DNA of 64,000 bases from Chrysomallon squamiferum (GCA_012295275.1 CM022673.1:16120001-16184000), one strand, 5' to 3'; shown: positions 25,091 through 40,790, counted from the first letter of the stretch. Notes: generated from the letters alone by a model not told the origin. Translations and numbers: made by a program.

Positions 25091-26286
25091 AATAAATAAA
25101 TAAAAGAAAGAAAAGATCTAGAAAAAACTCTTTAGAAACTGAGCCCAAGAATTTAATTATTATTTTTAATTTATGTCCAAAAGTTATTGTCATTTCTGTT
25201 CCCAAGTATTTTACTTTTACTTTTTTCATTATCACTAATATGTTTATTTTAATATCAGCTGCTTTATTTCTCAGAATATGTTTGAAATTTATAAATAAAA
25301 CTAAGAATCCTTTCACAAAATAAAAAATAAAACAAAATAATCTGTCAGTTATTTTAAAAACTTTAAATATTGTGATATGTAACAAAAGTAATGATATATG
25401 TTTTAATAATAAATATACCAACAAAAATTCTTAATCATACCCTATTCTTTTTATTGAATTTAAGTACATTCAAAAATATTTTATTTCTTTGGTTTCAAAA
25501 TAAATGTTATTTTTACTATTTCAATTTTTTTTTTTTATTAATGATATGATTCATCTGTAAAAAAGTTATTTATGTTATTTTATTCTTAATATAAATGTAT
25601 TTAAACCTTTTGATAATTTAATTTTTGAAAAATTTATTTTATAAAAATACATGAATTTAGAAACATATATATCTTTGAACCAGTTTTTTGGTTTGTTTTT
25701 TAAAAGTCAAAAAAGAAAAAGAAAATATAATTAAGAAAGAAAAAATACCACAGTATATTAGATATTTAAGCCTAAAAAAGAATTCCCCAAAAATAATAAA
25801 AAATCAGATTAGAATGAGCAATTGATTTTCTTTTTAATTTTTGCAACCATTTTTCATTATTTTTTTATTTTTATTACAATTTATTTATTTATTTATTTTA
25901 TTATTTTTTTTAAACTTCTACATTTACTTTTAAACTTGGCTGACAACACACTGAAGCTCAGTTCAGCATATTGTTTTTCTATTTTTGACTCAATATATAA
26001 AATATTTTAACAAAATACTGGATCTATGCCAAAATGTTCAGTGCACTGTCACTTGTTGATTTTACGAAACCCAGTGATGTCTTTTTCAGTCATAACACAC
26101 TAATGGTACTAAAAATAAAACACAAAAATGCTGTACTAAAAATACAATGTTAAAATTTACTTCATATAACTTTTTTGGAAGTATGTTGTATACCATCATG
26201 AATATTATTTTAAGTTTTAGGAAAATTATAAATCTGTTTCAAGTGCTATTATTTTAGATAATTAATGTAATAATAATAAAAATTAA

Positions 26287-26322
<36 letters not shown>

Positions 26323-26896
26323 GGTGAACATGTGAAATGCAGTCACCTAAGAACATAAATTATTATGGAATAATGACTCAAAACAAAATGTAATGGATTT
26401 TGCACAAGTATGTTCATGATTATTAAGATTAAAACTTATTAATATATTCTAAAATTAGTAAAAATAAATATATATATAGAACACAGAATTAATTACAACT
26501 CTGGAATTTGTTAAACTTATAAAAGTTAAAAACCTTTAAGAAATTATTCTACTTAAGGCTGTATTTAAATAAATTATAGATTTTCATCCAGTTTTATAAC
26601 TGAAAATGTATTAGATAAACAAATTATTTTTTTTTATTATTTTTTTTTTATTTCTTAGAAACTTGTTTATTAAAGGAATATAAGTTACATTAGGAGAATA
26701 AATACAACACAGTTTAAAAGGTAATGTTTTTAAAAAAAAGATTAGACTGTAAGAAAAATCTATAATTTTCAAATTGCATTATTTATTCATTTCAGAACAA
26801 GAAAAAACATGAAAAAGATTATATTTAAAAATATATAAAAAACATTAACTGCTAATTGAAAAATATCTGATTTGAATAATAATAATAATAATAATA

Positions 26897-26943
<47 letters not shown>

Positions 26944-28050
26944 ATATTTAAAAAAGAATTGATTATTAAAGAGACAAAAAAAAAGAAGTAATAATAATAA
27001 TAAAAGGTAAACAATTAAAGAAGAGTAACAACCCCACCCAAAAAAACCTGAAACCACCCCAGAAAAAAAAACACTCCTAACAATTTAACATAAATGCATT
27101 TAGAACTTTTTAAACATTATAAACATGGTTCATTGTCTCCCTCCCTTTTTAAATAAATGATTAAATACCAAACTAGTAAATTCTGCTCTGTACACAAATT
27201 CCACTGTGTGATTATCTGAACTGGAGCTGTCAGTGGATTTCAGACACAATAGTAATAATATGCTGTTTAGAAAACACTACAACAACTTCATGTTTTCGTT
27301 GATTATGAGGACTACATTTTAGTTGCTGAACACAAATGCAATACGGTTTTTCTTTTTACTAAGTTAAAAGTGTTTAACGTAACAGATATAAATGTTTGGC
27401 CCATCAAGGGACTATCATATGAAATGGATAAACGAATATGGTTAATCAAATTTGAAATGTATGACTCCATAAATACAATCATGACGAATGTGTGTGAAGT
27501 CAATGCTCGTTTTTGAACAGCTTCTATTCAGTGTGTGATATGGTGTGTGAAAAATAAATCCTACTGTCTTGAGCAATAATCACTAATTTACACATAGCAG
27601 TTTTGTGAAAGTTGTACTAGTCAAGTCTAGAATTTCAGCACAGATTCCTGTTTTCAAATTTTTTCGTCTTAATTTGTTTTATTTTTTTATTATTTTTTTT
27701 TTTTGTCTTGGATTTTTTGTTTATCTATTCAAGGTAAAATATATTTCAAAATTAACCTAAAAATCCTTTGAAAGGAAAAGTAATCCATTTCCAGAAACAA
27801 TCTCAATTTCTGCTCTGTCAAAACCATGAACAATTCACAACAATCAGAATTTTTCCACTGCTCTCATTACACCCAACTCTGAATACTGCTTCTGATTCTA
27901 ATTTTTTTCCTTTCCACTCCTCGCTGCCTTATTCTGTTTTTGAAACAGTTATACATAAATGCTTGAGCTTATGCCTAAAAATCCTCTTTTTTATCACAAA
28001 ATAGACAATACATGGCACATTTATATTATTATACATCTTTAAAAAAAATT

Positions 28051-31000
28051 CTATGGCATGTTGGGCATCATGCCCATGTATGGCTGTCCTGGGCTGCCCA
28101 TCATGCCACTCATAGGAGACATTTGCCTAGGTCTAGTCTGTGAGTACAACTGTTGCTGAAACTGCTGATATTGTGCACTGTAATTTTGTGGAGGACCACC
28201 TGACATCATGTTTGGATTTCCTGGCATCCTCATAGAATTTGGATTATGTTGGCGAGGCATGCCTGGACCCTGCATGGGCATCCCAGGCATACCACCATGT
28301 CCCTGCATTTGCATTTGCATGTGATGACTCTGCATCATCCCACCTGCACCCCCACCCATGGATGGTCCACCATTGGGCATGAAACCCTGAGCACCAGCAT
28401 GTCCATTACCCATTCCCCCACGCATTTCCATTGGTGACATATTAGGCATAGAGCCACCAGGACCAAAATTCATTGCACCCATCCCTGGACCATTAGGGCC
28501 CATTCCACCCTGCATGGCAAGCATGGCTTCAGGAGGCATAGCATTGTTCATCGGGGAGAGATGATTTGGACCATCCATGGGACCCATGTTAGCCATAGCA
28601 GCCATTTTGTTCATCTGGCTCATTGAAGCCCCGGCACTTTCCATCTGCTGCAGCATGCTGGCCATTTGAGGAGGCATGCCATCTGGAGGACCCATCCCTG
28701 GAGGGAAGTCAGGAGTGTTTCCTCCATGCATCATCATTGACTGCTGCTGTTGCTGCATTGTCATCTGCTGGCCTGGAAATGGTGATTCTGCCATTCCAGA
28801 CAACTTCATGTTGGGACCAGAATTTGTTGGAAAGTACTGTAATGTTGATGTTGGATTTTTTCCTTCCAAGTTGGTCAGTGGTGATGCAAACCTCTGCATG
28901 TATTCCATTTCTACTGAACGCTTTGGTCCTGGCATATTGGCTTGAGAAGCTGGAGGGTTTGCTGGTAAGTACTGTATGGTGTTAGGTGCCTTTGGCTGGA
29001 TCTGAACACTGGCATTGCCCACTGAATTTGGTGAGAATCCTGGTGATGCCATTCGACCTCCAGCTGCTGCTCCTTGAGGCATCATGGGGCTTGGCTGACT
29101 TGTGATTCCTCCATGATTTGGGCTTGGGAATTGTGGAGATTTTCCAGGACCTATAGGAATACCTCCAGGTCCTGGACCCATGCCCTGAGATGTCATTGCA
29201 GCAGATCCACCAGCAACTATTCCAGAAGGCCCAGGAGGCCCTCCAGGTCCCAAGGGGGATGGACCCATGTTTGCATGACCATTTGGTCCCATTCCTTGAT
29301 TACTATGATTCATTACACCAGATCCTGGACCAACAGGAGAGGGTCCCATCATCTGAGACTGTGACATTGAAACTGATGTTTGCTGCAACCCACCAGGTCC
29401 AGATGGTATGCCAGGTCCATGAGGCAAGCCACCAGGACCTGCAGGATGTGCTGGACTTGGTCCTGAAGATGTCATGTGTGTATCACTGTTCATTTGCTGC
29501 ACTTGCATTGATGGGTTGTATCCCTGGCTTCCAGGATTGTTTGTCTGAATGTTCAACTGCTGTATTGACATTGTGGCATTCACATATGTGTTATTAATAC
29601 TAGGTGTTGACTGAGAATGTGAAATGGAACTTCCAGGTATCTGCTGAGAGAGTGACGTTGAAGGATGTTGTTGCTGAATATGAGATTGAGACTGCTGTGG
29701 CTGCTGCAACTGCTGCTGTGACTGTGGCTGAGAATGTTGTGGATTTGTATGTTGCTGTGATTGCTGTTGCTGCTGTTGAGGTTGTTGTTGCTGCTGCTGC
29801 TGCTGCTGTTGTTGTTGCTGAGATGGCTGGCTGCCACTCTGAGATGTAGAGTTATTATTGCCCATCTGATTCTGAATTTGAATACTGTGAAAAGGACCTC
29901 CTTGCATCATGTTCTGTTGCATCTGGTTTGACAAATGTTCAACACCTTTGGCCAAGTTAGCCAGACTGGCTGATGTGATGTTAGACATGGAGGCTTTGGC
30001 TGTGGGTGTGGTTGGAGCACTCGATATGACACTGCTGGATGGGGGATCATAATGTGATAATCTCATATTGGCACCAGACATATGAGGACCTGACAGTGGG
30101 GAGGGACCTGGCATGGGACCAGGACTTGACAGGGGACCAACACTTGATGCCTGGCTAGAATTTGATAAAGGTTCTTTGTTTGAGTTTGGTCCATGCATTG
30201 GTGAATTAACTTGATTGTGTTGAAAGTGGTTTAACTGTGAGTCACCAGCACTGTTTGTTTCTCTGTAGGCAGTATTTAACTGTTTTGTTATAGTCAATTC
30301 CTGACCTTCAAACTGATTTAAATAGTTTATCTGCTGTGGAGAAGGAGTCGGTTGTAAATTTTTATAAATTTCATCTAAATCGTCTCTTTTCCTTTTCTGA
30401 GCCTGTGCATAACTGGGAGGTGGTTTACTGTTTAAAGCATTGTTTGAACACCCAATAGGTCCTGAATTAACACCAGGAATATCAGGCTGAAACTGTTCAG
30501 GATTTCCAACTCGATGTAATGACACTTGTGGAGCTTTCATGTTAGTCATGGATGAAGGAGGTATCATACCTTGAGGACCGTTCTTTCCAGGCATATTAGG
30601 CATCATGCCAGGATCCATGCCACCTCCTTGAGGATGCATGGGTGAATTAAATCCTGGCACCATACCTGTGGGATCCATTGGAGAAAGAGGATGTCTTGGT
30701 CCCATTCCAGGACCAGGGAACATCAATGGATCATGCTCTGGACTGGGTCCATGCATTTGCGGTCCGTTAAGATTAGGAGAGGTAGATCCACCAAGTCTCA
30801 TTCCTCCTTGCCGTTTTTGAGCAATTGACGTGAGATATGATGGTGGTGGTCCTTGAGCAGAATTTGGATCCATGTTTGGATTCATCTGCATCTGCCGCTG
30901 TCTCTGTTCATTATAGAATTCCTCCTGCAGTCTCATCCACTCTCGCTGGGCAGGATTCACATTCTGCGGCTGAGGACCAAACTGGGGCATGCCCTGCTGT

Positions 31001-33898
31001 GACATCATGAATTGCTGCTGAGAGGATATCATTCCATGTGGAGATCCCATCATCGATTGTGACTGACCCATACTTTGTTCCATCATTCCTGGTGGTGACA
31101 TCATCCCTTGATTAAACATGGGATGCATTCCATCAGGCATCATGGGACCACCAGGTCCAGGACCCCTTCCAGGACCACACTGCTGAGGACCCATATGCTG
31201 AGGTCCCATAACACTTCCACCACGATGTTCCTCTGGAAGCAACATTTGTGAAATTTTGCGTATTTTAGCTAAATGCTCTTCTCTTCTCTGAAGCTGTATT
31301 GGAGTCAAGTTTTCATTAGGAACTTTGCTCCTTAACAAGTTCACATTCATGGGTCCACCTGGTCCAAAGTCATCAAAGTCTGGCATCATTTGCATGTTTG
31401 GTCCCATTGGATTGGGACCATGAGGAGACCAACCCATCATTCTGGGACTGCCTTGAGGAAAAGGTCCATGAGAGTTCATATTTGACATGTTCATGTTCAT
31501 ACCCTGCTCCTCCAGGTTGATATTCTGCTGCTGAACCCACTGGGCAATGCTGGATGCAGGATTAGGTCCAAAACCTCCCATTGGTGGCTGCCCTTTCATC
31601 ATCTGAGGATTGGGATTTCTCATCCCATAACACATCTGTCCTGATCGATTCATCTGGGATTTGTTGTATTTCTGTAACAAATGATTTGTACATCAGTTTC
31701 TTTTTAATTTTGCAACACTTAATTACAGATACATAAACTACTGCAACATTTTCGAAATACACAGTATTAACTAAATGATTTTGTTAACATTTTTAATATT
31801 GTCATTGCAAAATAACCAAACTGATTTTTTTCTTTTTTTCTTTGACAGAAGTTTTTCAAACAATACCATTAAAATAAAAGTATTTATCATGTGAAATCAT
31901 TAAATACATTAAAAAAAATATTAAGAAATATGACTATCTGCTGTTATATAAAATGTAAATACACACTTTGTACTGAATAAATACCTGTAGAAATTTCTTT
32001 GTGCTTGGCTGGTCCATGTGGTATCCCAACATGGACTTGTACTGGCCCTGCTGCACCATCTCAGCTGCCTTGTTGGCCAGTCCAGTCGAAAACACAAATA
32101 TCTGACTCTGCTGCTGCATGAATGGCGGCTCCATTGACATGGACATCATCGACTGGTGGGGACCAGTCCCCAGTTTATTCATACCATCAGAGTTGGGCCC
32201 ATTTTCTCCCTTCACTGCAATACGAAGTTCAAGAGGTACAATATTTTCAGATTTCAGTTTCATATAATGAATGGATACGACCGTTTTAAGCAAAGTACAT
32301 TATTAACATGAAACTTTGTAATGGCTGAATTACAATTTATTATCATTTATGTGACAAGGCAAAATCACAAAATATTAACATCAATATTGCTGGTTTATTC
32401 AACGTAACAATAATACTACAACAATGACACTAGAAAACCAAATGCACGACATTACATTTCAATTGAATGACACTGTTTTCGCAGTTTTGAGACATTTCTT
32501 TCATAAGTAAATAATCTTATTCCTGCATCACAGCATACTTATTAACACATCATTAATCTAAATATAACACTGGGTACCACATACTACTTCTGTAAACATG
32601 AAATCTTGGTGGGCAAAAGTATATAATGTGAATGTTGTATGTTACACTATATGACACAGCAATGACATGCACATGATAAATGAATGACAAAACAGAAGCA
32701 TGGCATTTTAATAACATACTTGTGGTATTTTAATGATATATGTATGTGATATGATTATCTTAATGGCATACATGTGATACATTAATAACATATATGCTGT
32801 CTCTACATGTGAAATACATGCAACACCTTTAAAGAACTATATGACATCTTACTGACAAACACAACACCTTAAACACATATATGTCATACATATGACATTA
32901 TAATGACGTAAGCATGAAATCATAATGACATAAGCATAACACCTTGATGAATGACACAAGAATGACAGATTAATGACATACAGGAAACCATTATCACATA
33001 AGCATGGTAGCACAAGCACAACACCTGAATGATATATATATATGACACCATATAAACAGAACTGAATATTTATCACCTCAGTGAAAACAAATCTAGTTCA
33101 GGCTTACATTTTTTATTTGGATGCCCCTTATGAGATTTCGTTGTTGTGGTAGTTGTAGTTGTGGTGGGACTCCCTTCAGCCTTCACCTTAGAGGCATCTG
33201 TAGAAGATGAATATAAATATAAATTCTTCTCATCTTACCTTTTCCAAACCACCTCTGATGTGCCAGAATAGTTTTTTTTTATTTGGACAAAATCTCTATA
33301 AACTATTTACTTGTTTATTATTAATTATTTTCTAAGAAAGAGAAGTTTATTTTAACTAATTGTTTACTGAATTCCAAGAACAATTAAAATGAGTCTCAGA
33401 TATAAAAGAAAAAAACCTGCAAAAAATAAAGAAGAAAAATGCCTCAAGTATAAAGTGAATTAAGAAGAACACGCCATTGTAAATACTATTTGAAAAATAG
33501 TTTTTTAAATTCAGACGAAACTCTGTTCACAAAAAAAAAAAAAAAAAAAAAAGAAGAAAGATTTCTTCTGCACATGAAGAAAACATTTTAAGTAAGCTGT
33601 TGCAAAACCTACCGGTTTCTCCATTTGTCATCTTGTTGGAGTTTGGAGCCGACTCAATGGTTTTCTGCTCGGGTTCAGACTTTATTTCTTCCTTCATGTC
33701 AGGTACAGTTTCAGCCTTGACATTGGTCTCATTCACATCACGGTTTCCTCTGTCCGAGTCCTTTAACATCTCCGTCAGGTCAGCCGGGTCTGCAGGCCCC
33801 AGCAGGCCGCTGTCCAGCGCGGTCGGCCCACTTGCCGCGTCCAGCACGCTGTCGCCAAGTGCTGGCACAGCAGTGTCCAGGCGTTTTTTCTCCTGTTC
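28051..33898 (-). CDS. BCL9: BCL9/legless-like Wnt/beta-catenin co-activator (last four coding exons, ~1408 aa without the N-terminal exon)
   Basis: Exons 33898-33613, 33197-33108, 32214-31985 and 31671-28051 have matching phases (1,1,0). HD1 (Pygo-binding) QIFVFSTGLANKAAEMVQQGQYKSMLGYH; HD2 (beta-catenin-binding) ENLTPIQLQRREEHLAKIRKISQMLLPEE; HD3 PAQREWMRLQEEFYNEQRQR. The remainder is P/G/M/Q-rich. Confidence 0.93.
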
Positions 33899-33942
33899 CT
33901 AAAACCACAACAACAACAATAACAACAACATTAATAATAGTA

Positions 33943-33996
<54 letters not shown>

Positions 33997-35950
33997 GTAG
34001 TAGTAATAATAATAGTAATAATAGTAATAATAATAATAATAATAATAATTGATGATGATAATGATCATGTTAAATTAATAATACTAACAATAACACTATT
34101 ACAGTAATATAATAATAATGATAATAATTATGATGATGCTGACAATGATGATAATATTATCAGAAAAATCATTCAAGAACAAGATAAATGGATTTAAAAG
34201 CAGCATTTTGTTAGATGCAAATTATTATTTAAAGAAAATGTTTTTATTTTTTGCCATGAAATACTAAGCAGCAACAATATATTTAGGACATATATTCAAT
34301 CATAATACATCACACGTATGTTATATGTATTTTCTACTTCATATAAAAGATGATCAAGCACATTAACATTTGCAAAAGTACACACATATATACATAGACT
34401 TAAAATATAAGGTATTTTCACAGGGTGTATGTGTGTAAATTGTCTTGTTTTATTTTCATAATCTAGAAAATTAAGAGATGTCATCCTAATGGGAACTAAT
34501 CCACTGTTAAGATGCATATAAAAACAGGCATGTACAAATTCTGATACTAACATACAAATAGTGACATACAGAAATATTTCAAATACAACCCCCCAACAAT
34601 TTTTTTTTAGTTATGGTACAATGATATAGGCATGCATGCACAAAAGAGAAAGAGAAAAAGAAAAAGAAAAACAGAAGAAAAAAAAAAGAGACAGAGAGAG
34701 GGGAGAAGAAAGATACTATAAACCTACATATTTCAAGTATTGAAGTTAAGATTCTCACCTCCAATGTGAATTAAACCAGTGGTAAGACAAATCAGTGAAA
34801 AAATTCAAGCAGCTTGTGCTGCCTGTGATAATAAATCAACTGTGTTAAAATCTCTGTCTCTCGTCACACAGATCTTCTCCAAGGTGATCTGTTCATTTTC
34901 CTCAGTGATATTCTCTTTGAACAAACATATATCTGAAAAATATTGACAATAACATCAGTGAAATGTCATAATAACTGTAACAACATCTAACAACAATACC
35001 AGTAACTTGTAATACAGCAACAGTAATAATAAAAAATTGTGTAAGACAATAATAACAACAAAATGTTACAACAATACAACAACACAGCACTCTATATTTC
35101 ATGGCACAGCACACACAAAAAATATTACTGCAATATGTAACAGCAGTAGATACAAATATGTTTACATCATAGATATTCAGTGGAAACCAATTTGTGTAAA
35201 AAAGTAAACTGTAAAAACATTTTATGAAACAAATCTCTCCTTGAACTGTTGATTTAAAATTTACTTAAGTTATCTTGTATCATGATACTCATCAGAACAA
35301 ACTTCAGTTTTACTAAAGCTTAATTAACCAGGTCCAGAACAATATTTTTAATTCGTTTTGTAATGACGAATTTTGTTTTTGCAATAAATCTTTTTTTAAA
35401 ATGCAGAAAAACAAGAAGGTAAATTTGTAACAAATACAGAAATAGCTATCGTGAATCAGCCAAAGTCAAATGTCAAGGGAAAGACATAATGTATCTTCAG
35501 TGATTATGTGTTTGTCAGTTTTCTCTTCACATTTGGAAAATATTTAACATGTTTTTTATGTTAGTATGCTTCAGTATTATCTGCATTATATATATATATA
35601 TATATATAATGACTAGGTTCTGTAAAATGTATAAAACATTTTTTGTCACAACAGCTGTGTTTTTCATCTGTTTTGTATTTTTTCAAAAAGAAAGAAAAAG
35701 AAAACAAAATCTTACACAACACACACACGCACACACACTCAACATAAACCCACCTAAAACCCACTCATACAAATATACAAATTAAGATACTAACATTTTC
35801 ACATTCATTCTCTCTCTCAAACATACACACACTACACATCAGTACGTTAAGCATCAAGCATATTCATTAATACAACACATTCACAAAGTTTGTATGTGAT
35901 TCAGCTACATTTAAAAATTTTCAAAACTGTATCAATAATCTTCAACATCT

Positions 35951-35985
<35 letters not shown>

Positions 35986-38586
35986 CCAGTTTTCTTTTTA
36001 CATTTCTTTGCAGCAGGCAAGGATACAATTAATTAAAGCAGCTGAAATGCTGCTGATGGCTTGTGACATTTAGAGATGATTTTGCTGGAGAGTCAATGTT
36101 GCCATTAACGAGTATAGAGATATTTCAATTTCTGTGCTCAACAATGGAAGGGAAAAGAAAATATAAGAGAGCCAGAGCAAGATAATATCAGTGACATACA
36201 ATTTCCTGTTCTATCATTTTTTTGTTTTTTTTGTTCTGATTTTCTGGAAAATGTTTAACTGATGATGATGATTATAATGATGATGACAATGATGATAGTG
36301 ATAAAAACAACAATGCCAAATCTATTGACAACAGAAACAACCATTTAATATTAACAATAACAATATATTATAATAAATAAAATAAAAACTGTAATATCAG
36401 TATCAATAAATTATAAAAATAAAAACCATAACAATAACAGTAAATAAAATAACAGTAATACCAGTAATAATGATAATGATATCATCATGTTAATAACTAT
36501 AATTGCTAAGCCTTGCTGACCACTGTAAGGAAATCAATACACCAGTGATTATCTAGAATTTATTTACTCTCCACCAAGGCAGGAAGAAGAACAGTTAAAC
36601 ACACTTTGTCCACTCACACAACACATCAAGGAGTCATGAAGGAGCAGTGAAGGAGCCAACAGGAGACAAGTGTTTCATTACTCCCTTAGATAAGAGTGTG
36701 TGTGAACATTTAGAAGTGTTTTTTAAGTCATTTGGTTATCGTCTTTTTGACAGTGGATGATTGATGGGTAGTTTGGTGATTTCTTCTTATCAAATCATAC
36801 ACAACTGATTGCTAAGTCAGTGAAAGTTGTTATATTAACATTATTACATGGCTGGATAAACTTGTACTGCAGTTTTCTATTAGCTGTAATGCATACAGTG
36901 ATGTTAGTAAATATGTACTGTGGTTTTATATTAATATTCATAAAGTGCTGTTTTCTGAGTGTGTTTATGAGTATCTGTGTGTGTATTTGTGTATCTGTGT
37001 TTATCTCTCTCTCTCTCTCTCTCTTTAAATTAAGAATGACTTATTTAATAATGATGGGCAAGGTAAATGTTACTTTCTCTCATGAGTAATACACAAAATA
37101 ATAGATAAATATGTTGTAACATAAACGATAAACAAATTGGTGTTCAGAATTCTTAACTGCATCAATATTTATTACTGCTTGTGTAAACTATCATGATTAT
37201 TTAAGATTAATTGTTAAGATTAAATCAAAGATATCATATATCATGAATGAACCATGTAACTGAAGCACTTTACAACACTATTTAACGTTGCTATCAGTGA
37301 GAAGTGATTTGATAATCTTGCCTCCACCAACACATTCCATTAGACCATAACAGACTGAGTACTTACTGGTTAAAACATTCTTTAATGTTTTAATTCTAAC
37401 AAGGAAAATAATAAGAACAGTAGTATACAAGTTTTTGAAAATGTGATAAATGATTTATTACTTTTAAATTTGATTTTATGAATAGATTCTTATGAAAGTC
37501 ATTTCAGTAATGAAAGTGTATGTGTGTTTGTTAGGTATTAAATGATATTTCTATTTTTAAATGAAAGTTTCACAGAAAAAATTTGTAGCATCTCTCTTAA
37601 AATTTATTATTATTATTTTGATATTTTCATTATTATTATACTTTTTTTTTAGTAAAAGATGTTACACATTTAAAATTTAACCATCTTAATAATCTAACTT
37701 CTTTTGACAAATCTGTGAATGTTATAATAAAATGATATAAATGATGTGATTGTCAACAATCTTGCCTGTACAATCAATAAACAAAACAAAACATGACAAC
37801 GTAAATAAATAAAAACAAATTAAATAAGCTATACTATGTTCATCCTTTTTGATTTTTAAGATTTGTTTGGACAAGTTTAATGTGTTTTTTTTTTAAAATT
37901 CTTTCTGGTTTCCTATTTCTCTCTCTCTCTTTTACCTGGTACACACAAAGACCACCAAACATTAAAACCATTATATAATCAACAGGAAATTTAAGTGAGA
38001 TATATCAAACAGATTAACCTTTCTGTTCATTAAACAACCCTTTATCAGTAATCCAATATTTAAAAATTTAATAATAAAATATTTTAAACAACACACACAC
38101 ACCATTCTGATATCAGAATTTCTTTCTACTCTTTCGTTAAAGTTTCGCCATATTTTTCTCTTCTCCTAGGTTTTGTTCATGGTATGTGCAAATGCAGATA
38201 ATAAAATATATACTTACATTCAAGTGCTTTCCGTGTTAATTTAACAATACTTGGTAATAAACAGCACAGGAGCCAGGCAGCTAGCTATGTGTTTGATAAT
38301 TATATATGTAACAGATGTCAAGAGTATAAATGTCTCTAATGATATTAGATTGCTGATCACAGAAACAAAATGGGGAACTGACAGTGCCAGGAAACTCATG
38401 AATCTGTGCATGTGTATCTCAATTAGTACCTTTTAAATGTAGGGTGTGTGTGTGCATGTGTGTGCACACATGTGCATGCATGAATGCTCACACCTTTGAA
38501 TATATGCATGTATGTGTGTTTATGTGTGTGAATGTCCATGCACATATACATATCAATGAATCCTTGTGCATGTGTTCCTGGGTGTA

Positions 38587-38645
<59 letters not shown>

Positions 38646-40424
38646 TGTCTGTTTATGGATATGCTTGTTTTTTTTTTGACCATGCATATGAGAATGAGTC
38701 TGTATGTTTGTCTTGTGTTGTGTGCTTCTGTATGCATGTGTACATGTGTGTGGGTATGCATACACAAATCTTTGAAAGGTCACAAATATGGGTGCTGCTG
38801 AAAACCTTAAATTATTAATAAGAAGTAGAAGCTAGGAACAGCAATATTATTCTATATTAACTGCTTATTGCTGATAAAGCTTTTCATTTAATTTAATCTT
38901 TTGTACTGATTGTTGATTTTAGGCCTGGTGATTTGCATGACCAATTTAACCTATTATTGTCACAACTTTGTTTTCCAGTCCAACTACTGATTCTCATCTG
39001 GTTTATATATGTGCTATATATTTTGCTGTCTATGGGATGGTGTATGTAAATTAACCCTATATGCTAAATAATAAAAATATGTAGATTTCCTCTCATATAC
39101 TTTCATTATGGATTAAATACATTACTACCATTTACCATTTAAAATTTCACCTAAGATAAAATGTCCATTAATTTATTACCTGTGAAAGAGAAAAAAACCC
39201 AAAACAAACAAAGATTACATACAAATTGAAAATACAGGCCACTGGAAACAGATGTAGTGAGGCTTAATTCCAGTATTTATTAAATTATTATCTTCAGATA
39301 AAAAATAAAGTAAAAATAAAAACTAAACATTCAGTTAATAAAGGGGAAAGATTAAAAAAATATACAGATTCTAAAAAAAGAAAAAAAAAAAGTAATAATA
39401 ATAATAAAAATAATAAAATATAAAAGTGATTTATCATTTCAAACTAGCTTGTGATATAAATAAAAAATTTATGTTGCAGCATCTGCAGGTTGTTGTTTCA
39501 AACTAGAAACAAATAAAAAATTTTTTTAAACATTTAACACATTTTTAAAAAAAGTTGTTTTCTGAAATTAATCAATATTATCTGCATACAAAATGAATTT
39601 TAAAAAATAGTTCACATACAAATTTAAAATTTCAGGTACTGATGCACTAATTAAAACTGCAATTATTGTGCACTTGGTATTTGTAATACTTGGCTTTGAA
39701 AAATACAGCTTTTAATAATTAATGTAATGAAGCATATTGAGTTCAAATCTTCTAGCTGCTGAACTGACTGGGTGGGTATGGGATGGGAATGGGAGGGAAA
39801 AATTAAGTCTCACTACAAATAAATTACATCTTAAAAGAGCATCCCCTTCATGAAAAATGCTATCTATTACAGAACTAATGTTATTCAACAGTTATGTATT
39901 ATGTAACAATAAAATTAATACTGCTGTTTAAAAATGCAGTGGGTGGATACATGTTACTGTACTTTCTTCGGAGAACTGCTTTAGCAAGCTTGTCACTGAA
40001 CAGATTCAGAAGATTCTGCTCAGCTGGAAATCCACTAAATAACCTAAATTAAGATAACTTGATAAACTTACTTTATTCTCATAATATTTAATAAATATGC
40101 TTTAGATGTATGCATAATTTCAGTACAAATGTTTGTTGAATTGTATGAAATTTGTTTTTAAAAAAATGTCTTTAGGTCATGATTTAAGCTCAGTCTGGAT
40201 GTTTAACATAAATTAACTGAAATATTAGAATATGACTGGTTTTATTTACTTCACTACTGCTCCATGTTGTTTACAGATTTAATAACAGTTTTGATCAATA
40301 AATGACTGTATGCTGGTTTAATGACAATTCAATATCTTGTTACGTGTACATGTGGCAGTAAAAATAAATAGCCTGAATACATTATAAATACTTCAGCGTT
40401 ATTGATTTAATACATTATTACAAA

Positions 40425-40790
40425 ATATTTACTACTAATAAAGATTCACAGCAAAATATTAGATTGATTTCTTAATAACTCACAACCAATCTTTTCTAAC
40501 AATAGAATAAGTGATATACTTTTTAACATTCTCTGCCTAATCTTTACTAATAATAACCTTTGACAACAAAACAACTGATTGATTTCTTAATAACTTACAA
40601 CTAATCTTTACTAACAATAAAGTACAACAGTAGAATAACTGATGTATTTCTTAATACTTTGTCTAATATTTACTCTAATAAAGTAATTGACTGTTTTCTT
40701 AATAAATGAACAACATTTATTAATAATTATGTAAGACAACAATATAAATGATTTCTGATTACTTCATACTTCATACCTCATGACCAATAT
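40425..40790. repeat. Degenerate AT-rich tandem repeat in the BCL9 intron
   Basis: Recurring ttgatttcttaataact...aatctttactaacaata units. Confidence 0.55.

Noticed and set aside
24894-25424. 176-aa minus-strand ORF downstream of BCL9
   Set aside because: AT-rich low-complexity F/I/L/Y composition, no ATG start, and located in the probable BCL9 3' UTR.
28246-30820. Plus-strand ORFs overlapping the large BCL9 exon
   Set aside because: Antisense shadows of a stop-poor, GC-rich coding exon.
34759-34822. Potential minus-strand exon (cag...GAG|gtgaga) just upstream of the BCL9 33898 exon
   Set aside because: Contains a stop in the frame required to join BCL9; at best non-coding or poison, with no further support.
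38423-38818. Cys/Val- and His/Thr-rich ORFs (also 16681-17404, 56026-56246, 60904-61249)
   Set aside because: Products of (GT)n/(CA)n tracts.
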